From: Candidatus Bathyarchaeota archaeon
Lineage (GTDB): Archaea > Thermoproteota > Bathyarchaeia > 40CM-2-53-6
Length of the DNA stretch: 64,000 nucleotides
Direction: 5' to 3'
NCBI GenBank assembly: GCA_963733055.1
Contig: CAVTBR010000001.1
Location: 96,001 to 160,000, forward strand
The first letter of the stretch is position 1. Each line of letters begins with the position of its first letter. Positions 8,757-17,061 of the stretch are shown here, in pieces. A program made the translations under genes and the position numbers. The notes below the pieces were generated by a model. It was not told the DNA's origin. It did no database searches and saw only the letters and a list, made by a program, of their open reading frames with translations.

Positions 8757-11526
8757 CGATATCGGCCTCCTTTCGATTCGGGTTGATCGGAATCTTCAGC
8801 CTGATGCATGAACCTTCACCGACCTTGCTTTCTACTGAGATTGACCCCCCATGCGCTTCAATTATCCTTCTGCTAATCGCCAGTCCTAGTCCTATGCCCT
8901 TTGCCTTCGTCGTAAAGAGGGGGGTGAAGATCTTCTCGAGAACATCTTCCGTCATCCCAATTCCTGTGTCAGTAATCACAAATTCAACTTCGCTACCTAC
9001 GGGTTTGCTTGAGATCGTCACTTCCCCACCGCCAGGCATGGCTTGAATAGCGTTTTCGATAACATGCTGTAGGGCCCTTCGCATTTTTCCTCGGTCGATG
9101 TTCACGATGGGTCTCTCTTCGGTTCGGTCCGAGACTTTGATATTCGCGGGAACAACTAGATGCGCGATTGTCTCTCTGACAATTGCTTGAGGTGTCGATC
9201 TGGAGAGTTCCAATCGCAACTCTCTTGAGAAATCCAGCAAATCATTAATTATCTGATTCGAATAGTCAACGCCGTCCTTGATGATTGCTAGCATCTTGCT
9301 AGTTTGCGTATTCGATGGGTCCAACCTCGTTTCTAGGTTGTCTGTAGCACCAATTATGCTCTGTAACGGGTTACGTATGTCATGACCCAGCATAGCAGCC
9401 ATCTCCCCAATTGCAGCCATTCGCTCCACTTTCACAAGGCGATCATTAACCTCCTTTAGTTCTCTTACCTTCGAATCGACGAGCTCTTCCAAGTGCTCGG
9501 AGTGAAGTCGAAGTTGTTCCTCCAATCTTTTGCGTTCACCGATGTCGATGGCTATTCCGACAAGGCATGGCTTTCCTTCAAATTCAACTCGCAATGCTGT
9601 CACTATGTGGGGCAACCTCGTTCCATTCTTAGTGACGAAAGTGCCCTCGCTTGTCGCGCTTCCCTTTTCAAAAGCTTCTTGTGCTTTTTGTTGGATGAGT
9701 GCTTTGTCCTCTTCAGCCCAGAAGAATCCCCATTCGTTTACTCGTTTGATTTCATCCGCCGAATAGCCACTAAGACTTTCGAGGTTCTTGTTCCATCGCA
9801 AGAACTTGCCTGTAGCGTCCTTTAAATAAACTACTCCCGGAAGACTCTCCAAGAGTGATGCGGAGAAGTTCTTCTCCCTTCTGATGGCTTCCTCGCTCTT
9901 TCTGCGTTCGGTGATATCCCTGGTGACGAGCATAATGGCCCTATTACCTTCATGGTCGACCAGCCTGCCGCGAACTTCTAAGTCTCGAATCACCCCCTCC
10001 TTGCCTATGCTTTTGACTTCGAATGAAGCAGAACCTTCGTCCACTATCATTTTGATTCTTTCAGGAAACCTTGCTACGGTTTCCTGATCGGCTAATTGTT
10101 TGAGATTCATATGCAGTAGTTCCTCTCTACCGTGTCCCGTTCTCGTTTCCATAGCTGAGTTTGCATCAAGTATGTTCCCTTCAAGATCGGACACGATGAT
10201 AGTGTCAGGCTGGAGGTCGAAGAGTTCTCTGTATCTTCGTTCACTAGCCTGCAAAGAACTAAAGGACGCGTCCAGATGTTCAGCCATGTGGTTGAATGAA
10301 CTGGCTAATTCGCCCACCTCGTCACGGCGGTCGATCACGACCTTCTGAGTCCAATCGCCATTCGCCAATGCTTTCGCGGATTGATTCAGGCGTGAGAGTG
10401 GTTTTGTGACCCAGCGGGCCGTCATTGAGGTGACCATGACCGCGCATGCAAGTAAGGACACGACTACGATTAATCCAGTGTTGACATTGCTGGCGTTTAT
10501 TTGTGACATGTAGTCTGATTCAGGGGTGACGACCATGATCAACCAGTTCAGCCCATACTTGTCCTGATATGGAAGCACTTCCGCAAGTTGTTGTTCCCCT
10601 GCTGCGGAAAAATAGAACTGGTCGCTGCCCTTGATATTGGAAAGATTTCCGAATTGTTGTCTTAGATCCTGAACCGTCGCTCGAATAAGTGTGTTGTTGG
10701 AATCAAAGGCAGAGAACCGATTGTACGCACTTCCCGACGTTGTGTAAGGTTTGATTGATGATGACGCGACCAAGAGTCCAGAGGGTTCGACGATCATTAT
10801 CTGTTCGCGGTCTGTGGCATTCAAGGTCTGTAGGAAGTCGCTTATACTATTCAGCGTCAGTGAAGTGTCAAGGACCCCGGCCAGTTTTCCCTCCTTGTAA
10901 ACCGGGACAACTGCGTCAAGGCCAATGTCAGTAGAATTTGTCCAGATGTAAATTGGAGTCCACGTCTCGATGCCTGCTTGGACAGCGGCCTGATACCAAG
11001 GACGAGATCTTACATCATACCCTTGGGCAGATCCCCCAAGATATGCCAACCTATTCCCATGACTGTCAATCCCGTACACTTCCAATCGATGGTTAGTCCC
11101 ATTGTTGGAAATACCAAGTACGAGATTTTCACCGAGAACGTTACGAACAGGCCCGATGTAGTCATTTTGTTCGTTAGCAAAAGCGATCGATTTTACGGAA
11201 TCAAACCTTAACATTTGGGCCAAGAAGTGCTGCTGCAGCACGTTGAAGTCACTCACGTTCAATTGGCCGGAGTTAATCTCGTCCAGGTTCAGTTGATTGA
11301 TGACAAGGGCGGTACTCAGATAGCTATCCAAACGCTGCTCCGCACTGACCGTGACCTCTCTGTGAAGTTGGCTGGCCAGAACATTGACCGCTCCTTGACC
11401 GTTTAGATAACCAAGATAACCCGTCAGTCCCACAGTGGTTACGATAATAATCACGAAGGGGACCGTAAAGACCGTCTTGAGTGAAACCCATTTCTTCCTG
11501 CGCATCGGGCTTTTCATCATTCTCAC
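8749..11526 (-). CDS. Membrane sensor histidine kinase (Cache-HAMP-PAS-PAS-HisKA-HATPase)
   Basis: Two TM helices, YDVRSRPWY Cache motif, HAMP DEVGELASSFN, PAS RDITER, H-box GHDIRNPL, DTGIG, GIGLGL. Confidence 0.95.
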   Translation of the reverse strand: MRMMKSPMRRKKWVSLKTVFTVPFVIIIVTTVGLTGYLGYLNGQGAVNVLASQLHREVTVSAEQRLDSYLSTALVINQLNLDEINSGQLNVSDFNVLQQHFLAQMLRFDSVKSIAFANEQNDYIGPVRNVLGENLVLGISNNGTNHRLEVYGIDSHGNRLAYLGGSAQGYDVRSRPWYQAAVQAGIETWTPIYIWTNSTDIGLDAVVPVYKEGKLAGVLDTSLTLNSISDFLQTLNATDREQIMIVEPSGLLVASSSIKPYTTSGSAYNRFSAFDSNNTLIRATVQDLRQQFGNLSNIKGSDQFYFSAAGEQQLAEVLPYQDKYGLNWLIMVVTPESDYMSQINASNVNTGLIVVVSLLACAVMVTSMTARWVTKPLSRLNQSAKALANGDWTQKVVIDRRDEVGELASSFNHMAEHLDASFSSLQASERRYRELFDLQPDTIIVSDLEGNILDANSAMETRTGHGREELLHMNLKQLADQETVARFPERIKMIVDEGSASFEVKSIGKEGVIRDLEVRGRLVDHEGNRAIMLVTRDITERRKSEEAIRREKNFSASLLESLPGVVYLKDATGKFLRWNKNLESLSGYSADEIKRVNEWGFFWAEEDKALIQQKAQEAFEKGSATSEGTFVTKNGTRLPHIVTALRVEFEGKPCLVGIAIDIGERKRLEEQLRLHSEHLEELVDSKVRELKEVNDRLVKVERMAAIGEMAAMLGHDIRNPLQSIIGATDNLETRLDPSNTQTSKMLAIIKDGVDYSNQIINDLLDFSRELRLELSRSTPQAIVRETIAHLVVPANIKVSDRTEERPIVNIDRGKMRRALQHVIENAIQAMPGGGEVTISSKPVGSEVEFVITDTGIGMTEDVLEKIFTPLFTTKAKGIGLGLAISRRIIEAHGGSISVESKVGEGSCIRLKIPINPNRKEADIDD

Positions 11527-11580
11527 GGTTCGAGGAGGAAGCTCAGTTGATCTCTATGTCCAACCGTGAATAAAGTGTGA

Positions 11581-11617
11581 GTTTACGAAGTTTACATCGT
11601 AAACGTTGTTCACAACG
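11581..11617. promoter_or_regulatory. Two adjacent perfect inverted repeats in a divergent promoter (putative operators)
   Basis: GTTTACGA-N8-TCGTAAAC (11581-11604) and CGTTGT-TC-ACAACG (11604-11617). Confidence 0.4.
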
Positions 11618-11687
11618 CAAACGTCCCACTTATTTCACAATCTACGCAACGGGAGATTATGAGAATGATTTGGTGAGATGAACTCGA

Positions 11688-12164
11688 TTGACTGAGGATT
11701 TCTCCTGGGATACGGATAAGGGTGAACTCCGGATCTTAGGCCAACGACACACGGCAATAGATGCCCAGAGCCTCTGCAATTTCCTTGATTCTCTGGTGGG
11801 GGTCCAAGTTGGAGAGGTAATAATGCATAACCTTGAATTTCGATTGGGCAAGTTGGATGGTGCCAAACTCAAAAGTGAAAGACCTGGTGCCACGCTAAGC
11901 GAGCACGTTGAACATCTGGCCAAATCAGACCGTCTATCTGGGATAGGGATAACAAATGTTTCTTTGTCTGAGAAGCCATCGGAATCGATACAAATCGAGA
12001 CCCTTAATCCAAGCGTTAAGGGTTCAGCCGGAGCGGCTAAGTCGTTTGTCTTCGCGTGGTGGGCTGGCGCGCTGACCTCGCTCGTCGGTAGGGAGCTTGA
12101 TGTAAACGGCGTTGAGTACTCTGAAAGTAAGAACTTGATCAAGTGCCGAATCGTACCAAGGTGA
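11688..12164 (+). CDS. V4R-like small-molecule-binding protein
   Basis: KGELRILGQR N-terminus, FRLGKLDG, LSGIG, WWAGALTSLVG and a C-terminal Cys resemble the archaeal V4R layout. Confidence 0.6.
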   Translation: MTEDFSWDTDKGELRILGQRHTAIDAQSLCNFLDSLVGVQVGEVIMHNLEFRLGKLDGAKLKSERPGATLSEHVEHLAKSDRLSGIGITNVSLSEKPSESIQIETLNPSVKGSAGAAKSFVFAWWAGALTSLVGRELDVNGVEYSESKNLIKCRIVPR

Positions 12165-12172
12165 TTGTGAAC

Positions 12173-12553
12173 ATGAGTAACAAGACGCTCGCTGTCGTCA
12201 GTGCTGAGGAGATTTTCGCCATAGACAAGAACGTTAGGTGGGTGGGTTTAATCTCCGTTAGGGGAGACATCATACTCAATAAGATGCGCCCTAGCATCAA
12301 ATCATCTTCTCCGCCAGATTTTGATGCAGAATTTCTGAGACTCGGTCCATTGACTATGCTAGGCGTGGCGGAGAAGTACTCCCCATACTTGCTTGAACTG
12401 GAAGCGGTCGTAGTATGGTATGGCCTCATGGCCCTAGTCTATTCAAGGCTAGGCTCGCAAATTGTTGCCATCTCCGTAGAAAACCGCAAAGACACGCTTT
12501 CAATAGTCAGAAGCTGGCTAAAGAAAAGGAAAATAGAACTTAGAAAGAACTGA
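12173..12553 (+). CDS. Roadblock/profilin-like protein (DUF6659-like, TACK)
   Basis: IFAIDKNVRWVGLISVRGDII...KMRP; SD AGGTGA 8 nt before ATG 12173. Confidence 0.55.
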   Translation: MSNKTLAVVSAEEIFAIDKNVRWVGLISVRGDIILNKMRPSIKSSSPPDFDAEFLRLGPLTMLGVAEKYSPYLLELEAVVVWYGLMALVYSRLGSQIVAISVENRKDTLSIVRSWLKKRKIELRKN

Positions 12554-12656
12554 ATCACAGACTCCAGTGTTTTCGGAGAGGCGTGCAACGACGGAGCGCT
12601 TACGCCATTGATAGTCGAAAGACTACTGGGCACTCAAACGAGACCGCGTGCGCTTG

Positions 12657-13022
12657 TCAGTTGTTCCTCCGAACAGGGTCAACTTCGATTATGACGCGTC
12701 CTCTTCCATGGAGATGATTTAGTAACCAAAATTGGAGGCCGTATTTCTTTCTAATTAGCCCAGTAGGTTGCATAGAGTCGCCAGGATTAAGGAACCGGGC
12801 TTTAGCTTCGACCCATTCACCCTTTGGCTTGCCGCTAGCTGATGAGGGGGTGACGCGAACCTCGGAACCATTTCGAATGCGTTTGGCTTTTCCAGAGTTA
12901 GTAAGAGTCCAGATGTACAACTTGGCGCTATCCTCAATGAACCAGACAGTTGTCTTGACTCCTTGCCCATTTCGCTTGAAAGTTTCGAGAGTGATGTATC
13001 GTTGCCCCTCGAATTGAGTCAA
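12657..13022 (-). CDS. PPOX-class F420-dependent oxidoreductase
   Basis: YITLETFKRNGQGVKTTVWF, SGKAKRIRN, IRKKYG; start reassigned to TTG 13022. Confidence 0.85.
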   Translation of the reverse strand: MTQFEGQRYITLETFKRNGQGVKTTVWFIEDSAKLYIWTLTNSGKAKRIRNGSEVRVTPSSASGKPKGEWVEAKARFLNPGDSMQPTGLIRKKYGLQFWLLNHLHGRGRVIIEVDPVRRNN

Positions 13023-13057
13023 GAAAACTCGAGCACTCCATGGAGGAATCGGTTGGG

Positions 13058-13270
13058 TCACTGTTGAGAAACTGTCTTTCGTCCCTTGACACCCGTCACG
13101 ACCAGTGCCGCACCAAGAATTACAGTAAGGCCGCCCGCTACGGCCCAGAATGTTGAGCCGGTCATAATGCTGCCCGGAAGAATTCCGATGCCTTGAAGGA
13201 ACCAAATTAGACCCATGAATAGGATAACTGCGCCGACCGGAATTGCGACTACTCTGAAGCGCATTGTCAA
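13058..13270 (-). CDS. Small two-TM membrane protein
   Basis: GLIWFLQGIGILPGSIMTGSTFW hairpin with a basic tail. Confidence 0.7.
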   Translation of the reverse strand: MTMRFRVVAIPVGAVILFMGLIWFLQGIGILPGSIMTGSTFWAVAGGLTVILGAALVVTGVKGRKTVSQQ

Positions 13271-13333
13271 TTCCTCAATTATTGTTGCCCACGATCATGC
13301 CCGTTCTACTCTCTGCCTCTTCCAAGTACCTAC

Positions 13334-13744
13334 TCACATACCGCGCAGCTTGGCCGGTGTGACACGGATCAGAGTGCTGTATGAGGCGGCCAAGGATTCA
13401 GGCGTGAGACCAATTTTAGGAATGTGCTCGCGGTACTTCTCGATATATCTTGAGTCGTGCTCTGGAGGCTTCTTGTCTATCGAGGCGTCACCCGTAAGAA
13501 CAATAAAATCAACACCTTCATCGTTTGCCTGAAAATTAACCGACACCTTCGGGCTGCGAGCGATATTCCCAACCTTGTGAGCCGCAGGCTGGCTGTAGAT
13601 GAGAAGCGACTTTCCGTCCCAATAAAACCAGACAGGATTAGGTTGCGGAGTTCCATCCGGCGACGTAGTAGTTAACCAGATGATGTAGTCTTCTTTAAGC
13701 CTCTTGGCGGCCTGAACCCCTAGCTCGGTGGTTAGGTCAATCAT
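13334..13744 (-). CDS. PPOX-class F420-dependent oxidoreductase (Rv3369-like)
   Basis: IIWLTTTSPDGTPQPNPVWFYWDG, KVGNIARSPKVS, YIEKY. Confidence 0.88.
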   Translation of the reverse strand: MIDLTTELGVQAAKRLKEDYIIWLTTTSPDGTPQPNPVWFYWDGKSLLIYSQPAAHKVGNIARSPKVSVNFQANDEGVDFIVLTGDASIDKKPPEHDSRYIEKYREHIPKIGLTPESLAASYSTLIRVTPAKLRGM

Positions 13745-13762
13745 CTTTCATCTTCCCGAGTT

Positions 13763-15205
13763 ATGGCCCTCCCGAGTAATAGTGCTTCTGGGAATAGCCA
13801 TCCAGATCTGCACGCCTGCGTTTGGCCTGATTCGCCGCCGATAGGCTTGCATAGAAAACAAAACAAGGCGGTCCATGCTACCTTGCCTGCTTGGCGTAGA
13901 GTATTGGAAGAGGAGTATGATGGTTTCAAGTTCAGGGTGCTCTTCAACAAGTATGGATACAGCCCCCATCATGCCGAGCATTTCGTTGAGAACGGATTCG
14001 AAAAACTGCTCATGGCGGATCCGCACATCCGCCGATCGGTTATCATCTACAACATAGACAAGAAAGAGATAGAGTGGGAATATCCGGTCAAGGGTGATGC
14101 GACCTCCGCCAACCCACATGTCGTAAGAATCTTGCCCCAAGACATACCTGAGATTGGCGCCTCACAAGGGAGCATAATGTTCGCGGATCGCAATAACGAA
14201 TGGAACTTCGTTCAAATAAGCTCGGGCAATGTACAGTGCAAAGTAACCATGCCCGAAGTGAAATGGGCTCATGATATTCTTCTATCGAAGAACGGGGATG
14301 GCTTCATTGTCACAGACTACTCAGCGCAGTTCCTCAGCAAGATAAACTTCAAGGGAAACATAATCTGGCGACACGGGGATTTCGGTCCAATGGCCAAACT
14401 ATCACTGATAGAAGGAAAGACACCGAGTGGCGTTCATTCAAACACTCTCGGGGGTGACTACCTGGCAGTGCGCAACTCAATACCTTACGGGGTTTTTGAG
14501 ATAAAGGATGAGGATGGAACAGTTGTGGAAAGCATACCTCGCGGCCGAGGAACCCTAAACAACTTCTGGTGTTACGCACCCCACTCCGCGTTCAGAAAAG
14601 GGATTGTTGAAGCCAACGGGCACTTGACCGTGGTGGGCTTTGAAGCAGGAGGCGGCATCGTGGGGCTGGATCAATGGCAAAGGCCCAGGTGGGGCGTGAT
14701 GAAAGGCTTCACAGACGTAGGTGGCCCAAGGTATATTCCGTCACGTTACGGCCTGACCGAGACGACCCATGTTTTCCCTACCCTATCCGGAGGCGTTGGA
14801 GCCATAGACTGGTCGGGCACTTACTCTTCGCGCGTAATTGAGATTCTAAAATGGCCAAGATCCAACCTGAGCTTCATGCTTGCTTGGGAATACGACCCAG
14901 GCGAAGGTTCCTTCCTCGATCCACCATTAGATGTCATGGAATACAATGAAATTTCCATCAGCCTAACGAATACGGGCGAGGCCGCGGTCACCGGAACGCT
15001 GTATGAAACCGCGTTGCCAATCATCTTCGCCAGTGATGTGAGAGGCAGTGGATGGACCCCCATATTGCCGTCACTGGACGTGGGGCCGGGAGAAACCAGG
15101 AGGATAGAAATGCCGACCAGAGGGCGCAGCTTCCTAAGACTGTTTCTGAAGCGATCTGACTTGCAAAAAGCCACTACCGTAAACGTTGTCGCGTCCTACC
15201 AATGA
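13763..15205 (+). CDS. Hypothetical beta-propeller protein (arylsulfotransferase-like repeats) with C-terminal beta-sandwich
   Basis: 480-aa ORF with repeated K-I/V-x-W strands and PH/AH motifs (ANPHVV, WAHDI, APHSA). Confidence 0.55.
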   Translation: MALPSNSASGNSHPDLHACVWPDSPPIGLHRKQNKAVHATLPAWRRVLEEEYDGFKFRVLFNKYGYSPHHAEHFVENGFEKLLMADPHIRRSVIIYNIDKKEIEWEYPVKGDATSANPHVVRILPQDIPEIGASQGSIMFADRNNEWNFVQISSGNVQCKVTMPEVKWAHDILLSKNGDGFIVTDYSAQFLSKINFKGNIIWRHGDFGPMAKLSLIEGKTPSGVHSNTLGGDYLAVRNSIPYGVFEIKDEDGTVVESIPRGRGTLNNFWCYAPHSAFRKGIVEANGHLTVVGFEAGGGIVGLDQWQRPRWGVMKGFTDVGGPRYIPSRYGLTETTHVFPTLSGGVGAIDWSGTYSSRVIEILKWPRSNLSFMLAWEYDPGEGSFLDPPLDVMEYNEISISLTNTGEAAVTGTLYETALPIIFASDVRGSGWTPILPSLDVGPGETRRIEMPTRGRSFLRLFLKRSDLQKATTVNVVASYQ

Positions 15206-15329
15206 AGCAACCCCTGCTCTAAGCTTCCTAGAGCATGCTTCCCTAAGGCTAGGCTTTGGAGAATAGAGTCCCAGAACTGGGGCTATACGGAGGGAAAGGG
15301 TTGACCAAAGTCAATGGGTATTTTTAGAG

Positions 15330-15452
15330 TTAGAGTTCGAAGCCGCAGTCTGGGTTGGTGCATTTCCAAGTACCGCTTCCAACCGGAAGTAGGACACCCG
15401 ACTCACATTTCTTGCACTGCGGAAATCCACTTACGCTTATGTTCACTGCCAA
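15330..15452 (-). CDS. 40-aa zinc-ribbon microprotein (not in ORF track)
   Basis: SD GAGGTGA 5 nt before TTG; MAVNISVSGFPQCKKCESGVLLPVGSGTWKCTNPDCGFEL. Confidence 0.8.
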   Translation of the reverse strand: MAVNISVSGFPQCKKCESGVLLPVGSGTWKCTNPDCGFEL

Positions 15453-15472
15453 TCAGCTCACCTCTGCAGCTC

Positions 15473-15724
15473 TTACTCATAGATCATCAAGCAGTTGCCC
15501 GCAAGGATTTCCCCGCGGAAACGAGCGGTGGATATAGGAATTAGCGGGTGGTTTGAAGGAGTTACCCTGCTCGGCCAATAGGGGTCATAAGTGAACTCAT
15601 GAGTCGGAAGAGGAATCACAATTGGAATTGGAGCTGGAGCCGGATACGCATACGGGACCGCTTCGGGGTAAGGGTTGTACATTGCTTCTTGGTAGGGGTT
15701 GTACATTTGTTGGCATTGACACAT
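15473..15724 (-). CDS. 83-aa Pro/Tyr-rich low-complexity protein
   Basis: MCQCQQ-MYNPYQEA-MYNPYPEA-VPYAYPAPAPIP...; ends 20 nt before the Zn-ribbon gene. Confidence 0.65.
   Translation of the reverse strand: MCQCQQMYNPYQEAMYNPYPEAVPYAYPAPAPIPIVIPLPTHEFTYDPYWPSRVTPSNHPLIPISTARFRGEILAGNCLMIYE
15660..15707. repeat. 24-bp imperfect tandem repeat encoding MYNPY(Q/P)EA
   Basis: GCTTCGGGGTAAGGGTTGTACATT / GCTTCTTGGTAGGGGTTGTACATT. Confidence 0.8.
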
Positions 15725-15888
15725 AATCTATCGCCTAACGTGAACTCTTTAGATAATGTGCAATTAAGCGTATGTGGTGGATCACGTCGCCATTTCGTTA
15801 CCTATGCTCAACAATGCGACAGTGGACGCTCGCATTTGCACATCTCGATACATCCAAGAACTACGCAATTACACTTCCTAGGTCAACA

Positions 15889-15926
15889 GGAAACAAAGAA
15901 GGGTAGGGAGAGGGATCTCCTCTCTC
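15889..15926 (-). terminator. Putative terminator after the 39-aa peptide gene
   Basis: GAGAGG-AGATC-CCTCTC stem followed by pyrimidine tract CCTACCCTTCTTTGTTTCC on the minus strand. Confidence 0.45.
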
Positions 15927-15958
15927 AACGTCTCGCTTCACTTATCGGTTCAATACGC

Positions 15959-16078
15959 TTAGTATTCCCAGACGTAGTAGCCGTACCATGGGTAGTAGTA
16001 CGGGTAGGTAGGGGCGTAGTATGGAAACGCCGCATAGCCCGGATACCAGTCGGGAACTTTCATTTTCACAGTTTTCAT
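15959..16078 (-). CDS. 39-aa Tyr/Pro/Trp-rich micropeptide (not in ORF track)
   Basis: Strong SD GGAGGTGA 9 nt before ATG; MKTVKMKVPDWYPGYAAFPYYAPTYPYYYPWYGYYVWEY (12 Tyr, 6 Pro, 3 Trp). Confidence 0.7.
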   Translation of the reverse strand: MKTVKMKVPDWYPGYAAFPYYAPTYPYYYPWYGYYVWEY

Positions 16079-16170
16079 CGCGGTATTTCACCTCCTCCAA
16101 TCTACACCTCAGTTTTCTCTCTGCACCTCAACGAGGCGTGCGGAGGTTGGTCCCCGAGCTCCGTTAACGG

Positions 16171-16230
16171 TTAGTAGAAGAAGTAGAACCCCGAACCCAC
16201 TAGTGCCGGAGGCACGTTCAAGTCAGGCAC
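16171..16230 (-). other. Possible 19-aa leader peptide/uORF ending in FYFFY
   Basis: GTG-start ORF VPDLNVPPALVGSGFYFFY*; no SD, possibly leaderless. Confidence 0.35.
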
Positions 16231-16284
16231 TCAGGGTCCAGATGAAATGGAGCAAGTTCATATGAGCTTCAAGAGATACTCAGC

Positions 16285-17035
16285 GTGACTATGCTAATTG
16301 TTCAGGTTTCTGACATTCACGTCGGCCCCGAATTTCAGGAAGAGATCTTTCAGAAAGGAGTTGAAGAAGTCAACGGTCTGAAGCCGGATGTGCTCTTGGT
16401 TACCGGTGATTTGACCGAGAACGGCCTCCTTTCGCAGTATCAGCGAGCGTCGGAATTGATGAAGGGTTTCACTTGTCGTTCTAAGATTTACACCAGCGGG
16501 AACCACGATTACCGGAATACGGGATACTTGCTGTTCAAGCACTTCTTTCCATCCAAGCCAGTGGCCCGGAAGAAGGGAGTGACGATCACGGTGGTGAGCA
16601 CGGCTCGGCCCGAGCGAAATGATGGAGAGGCGGGATACCGACAGATCGTCTGGCTTGAGAAAGCCCTTGCACATGAGAAGGGTCTCAAGCTGATAATGAT
16701 GCACCACCACCTAGTTCCCGTGCCGGATACGGGACCGAATACCATTCCGATCCTAGATGCAGGAGACGTTCTTCGAGCTCTGGGCCGATCGAAACCAGAC
16801 CTAATTGTGTGCGGGCACCGTCACAGACCCTGGAAGTGGACCATAAACCACATCCCAATAGTTCACGCCGGAAGCTTCTCATCAGAACGCTTGCGCAGGC
16901 TTCTTCTCCAACTCCTACAACGTAGTCAAGGCGGGCGATGGAAAATTCGATGCTTGGCTAAAGATAATCGACGGCCCACGTCTTGAATTCGACAAAATTA
17001 CGAAGGGAGAATCGGGTCTTTCAAACCTTCCCTGA
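16285..17035 (+). CDS. Calcineurin-like metallophosphoesterase (Icc/CpdA-like) with a +1 frameshift near 16897
   Basis: SDIH, TGDLT, GNHD, MHHH, CGHRH; C-terminus GFFSNSYNVV...NLP* continues in the +1 frame after TTGCGC-A-GGC. Confidence 0.85.
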
Positions 17036-17061
17036 TCCTCCTCAAACGGGAGTAGATCAAC

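Noticed and set aside
15942-16100. Overlapping 52-aa minus-strand frame (MEEVKYRDENC...LLRLGILSVLNR) with GAGGTG before TTG
   Set aside because: Its Leu richness comes from CTA, the shifted reading of TAC repeats, and the 39-aa frame has the stronger SD and an ATG. It is disfavoured but not excluded.
15599-16174. 191-aa plus-strand ORF
   Set aside because: It is antisense to the Tyr/Pro-rich peptides. Its V/G/R/W-rich composition mirrors TAC/CCN codons and it has no SD.
16140-16215. Resemblance to c-di-AMP (ydaO) riboswitch pieces (GGAGCTCGGGGACC; CCCGAACCC...CCGGAGGC)
   Set aside because: The two similar segments are on opposite strands and the central conserved elements are absent. An Infernal/Rfam scan would settle it.
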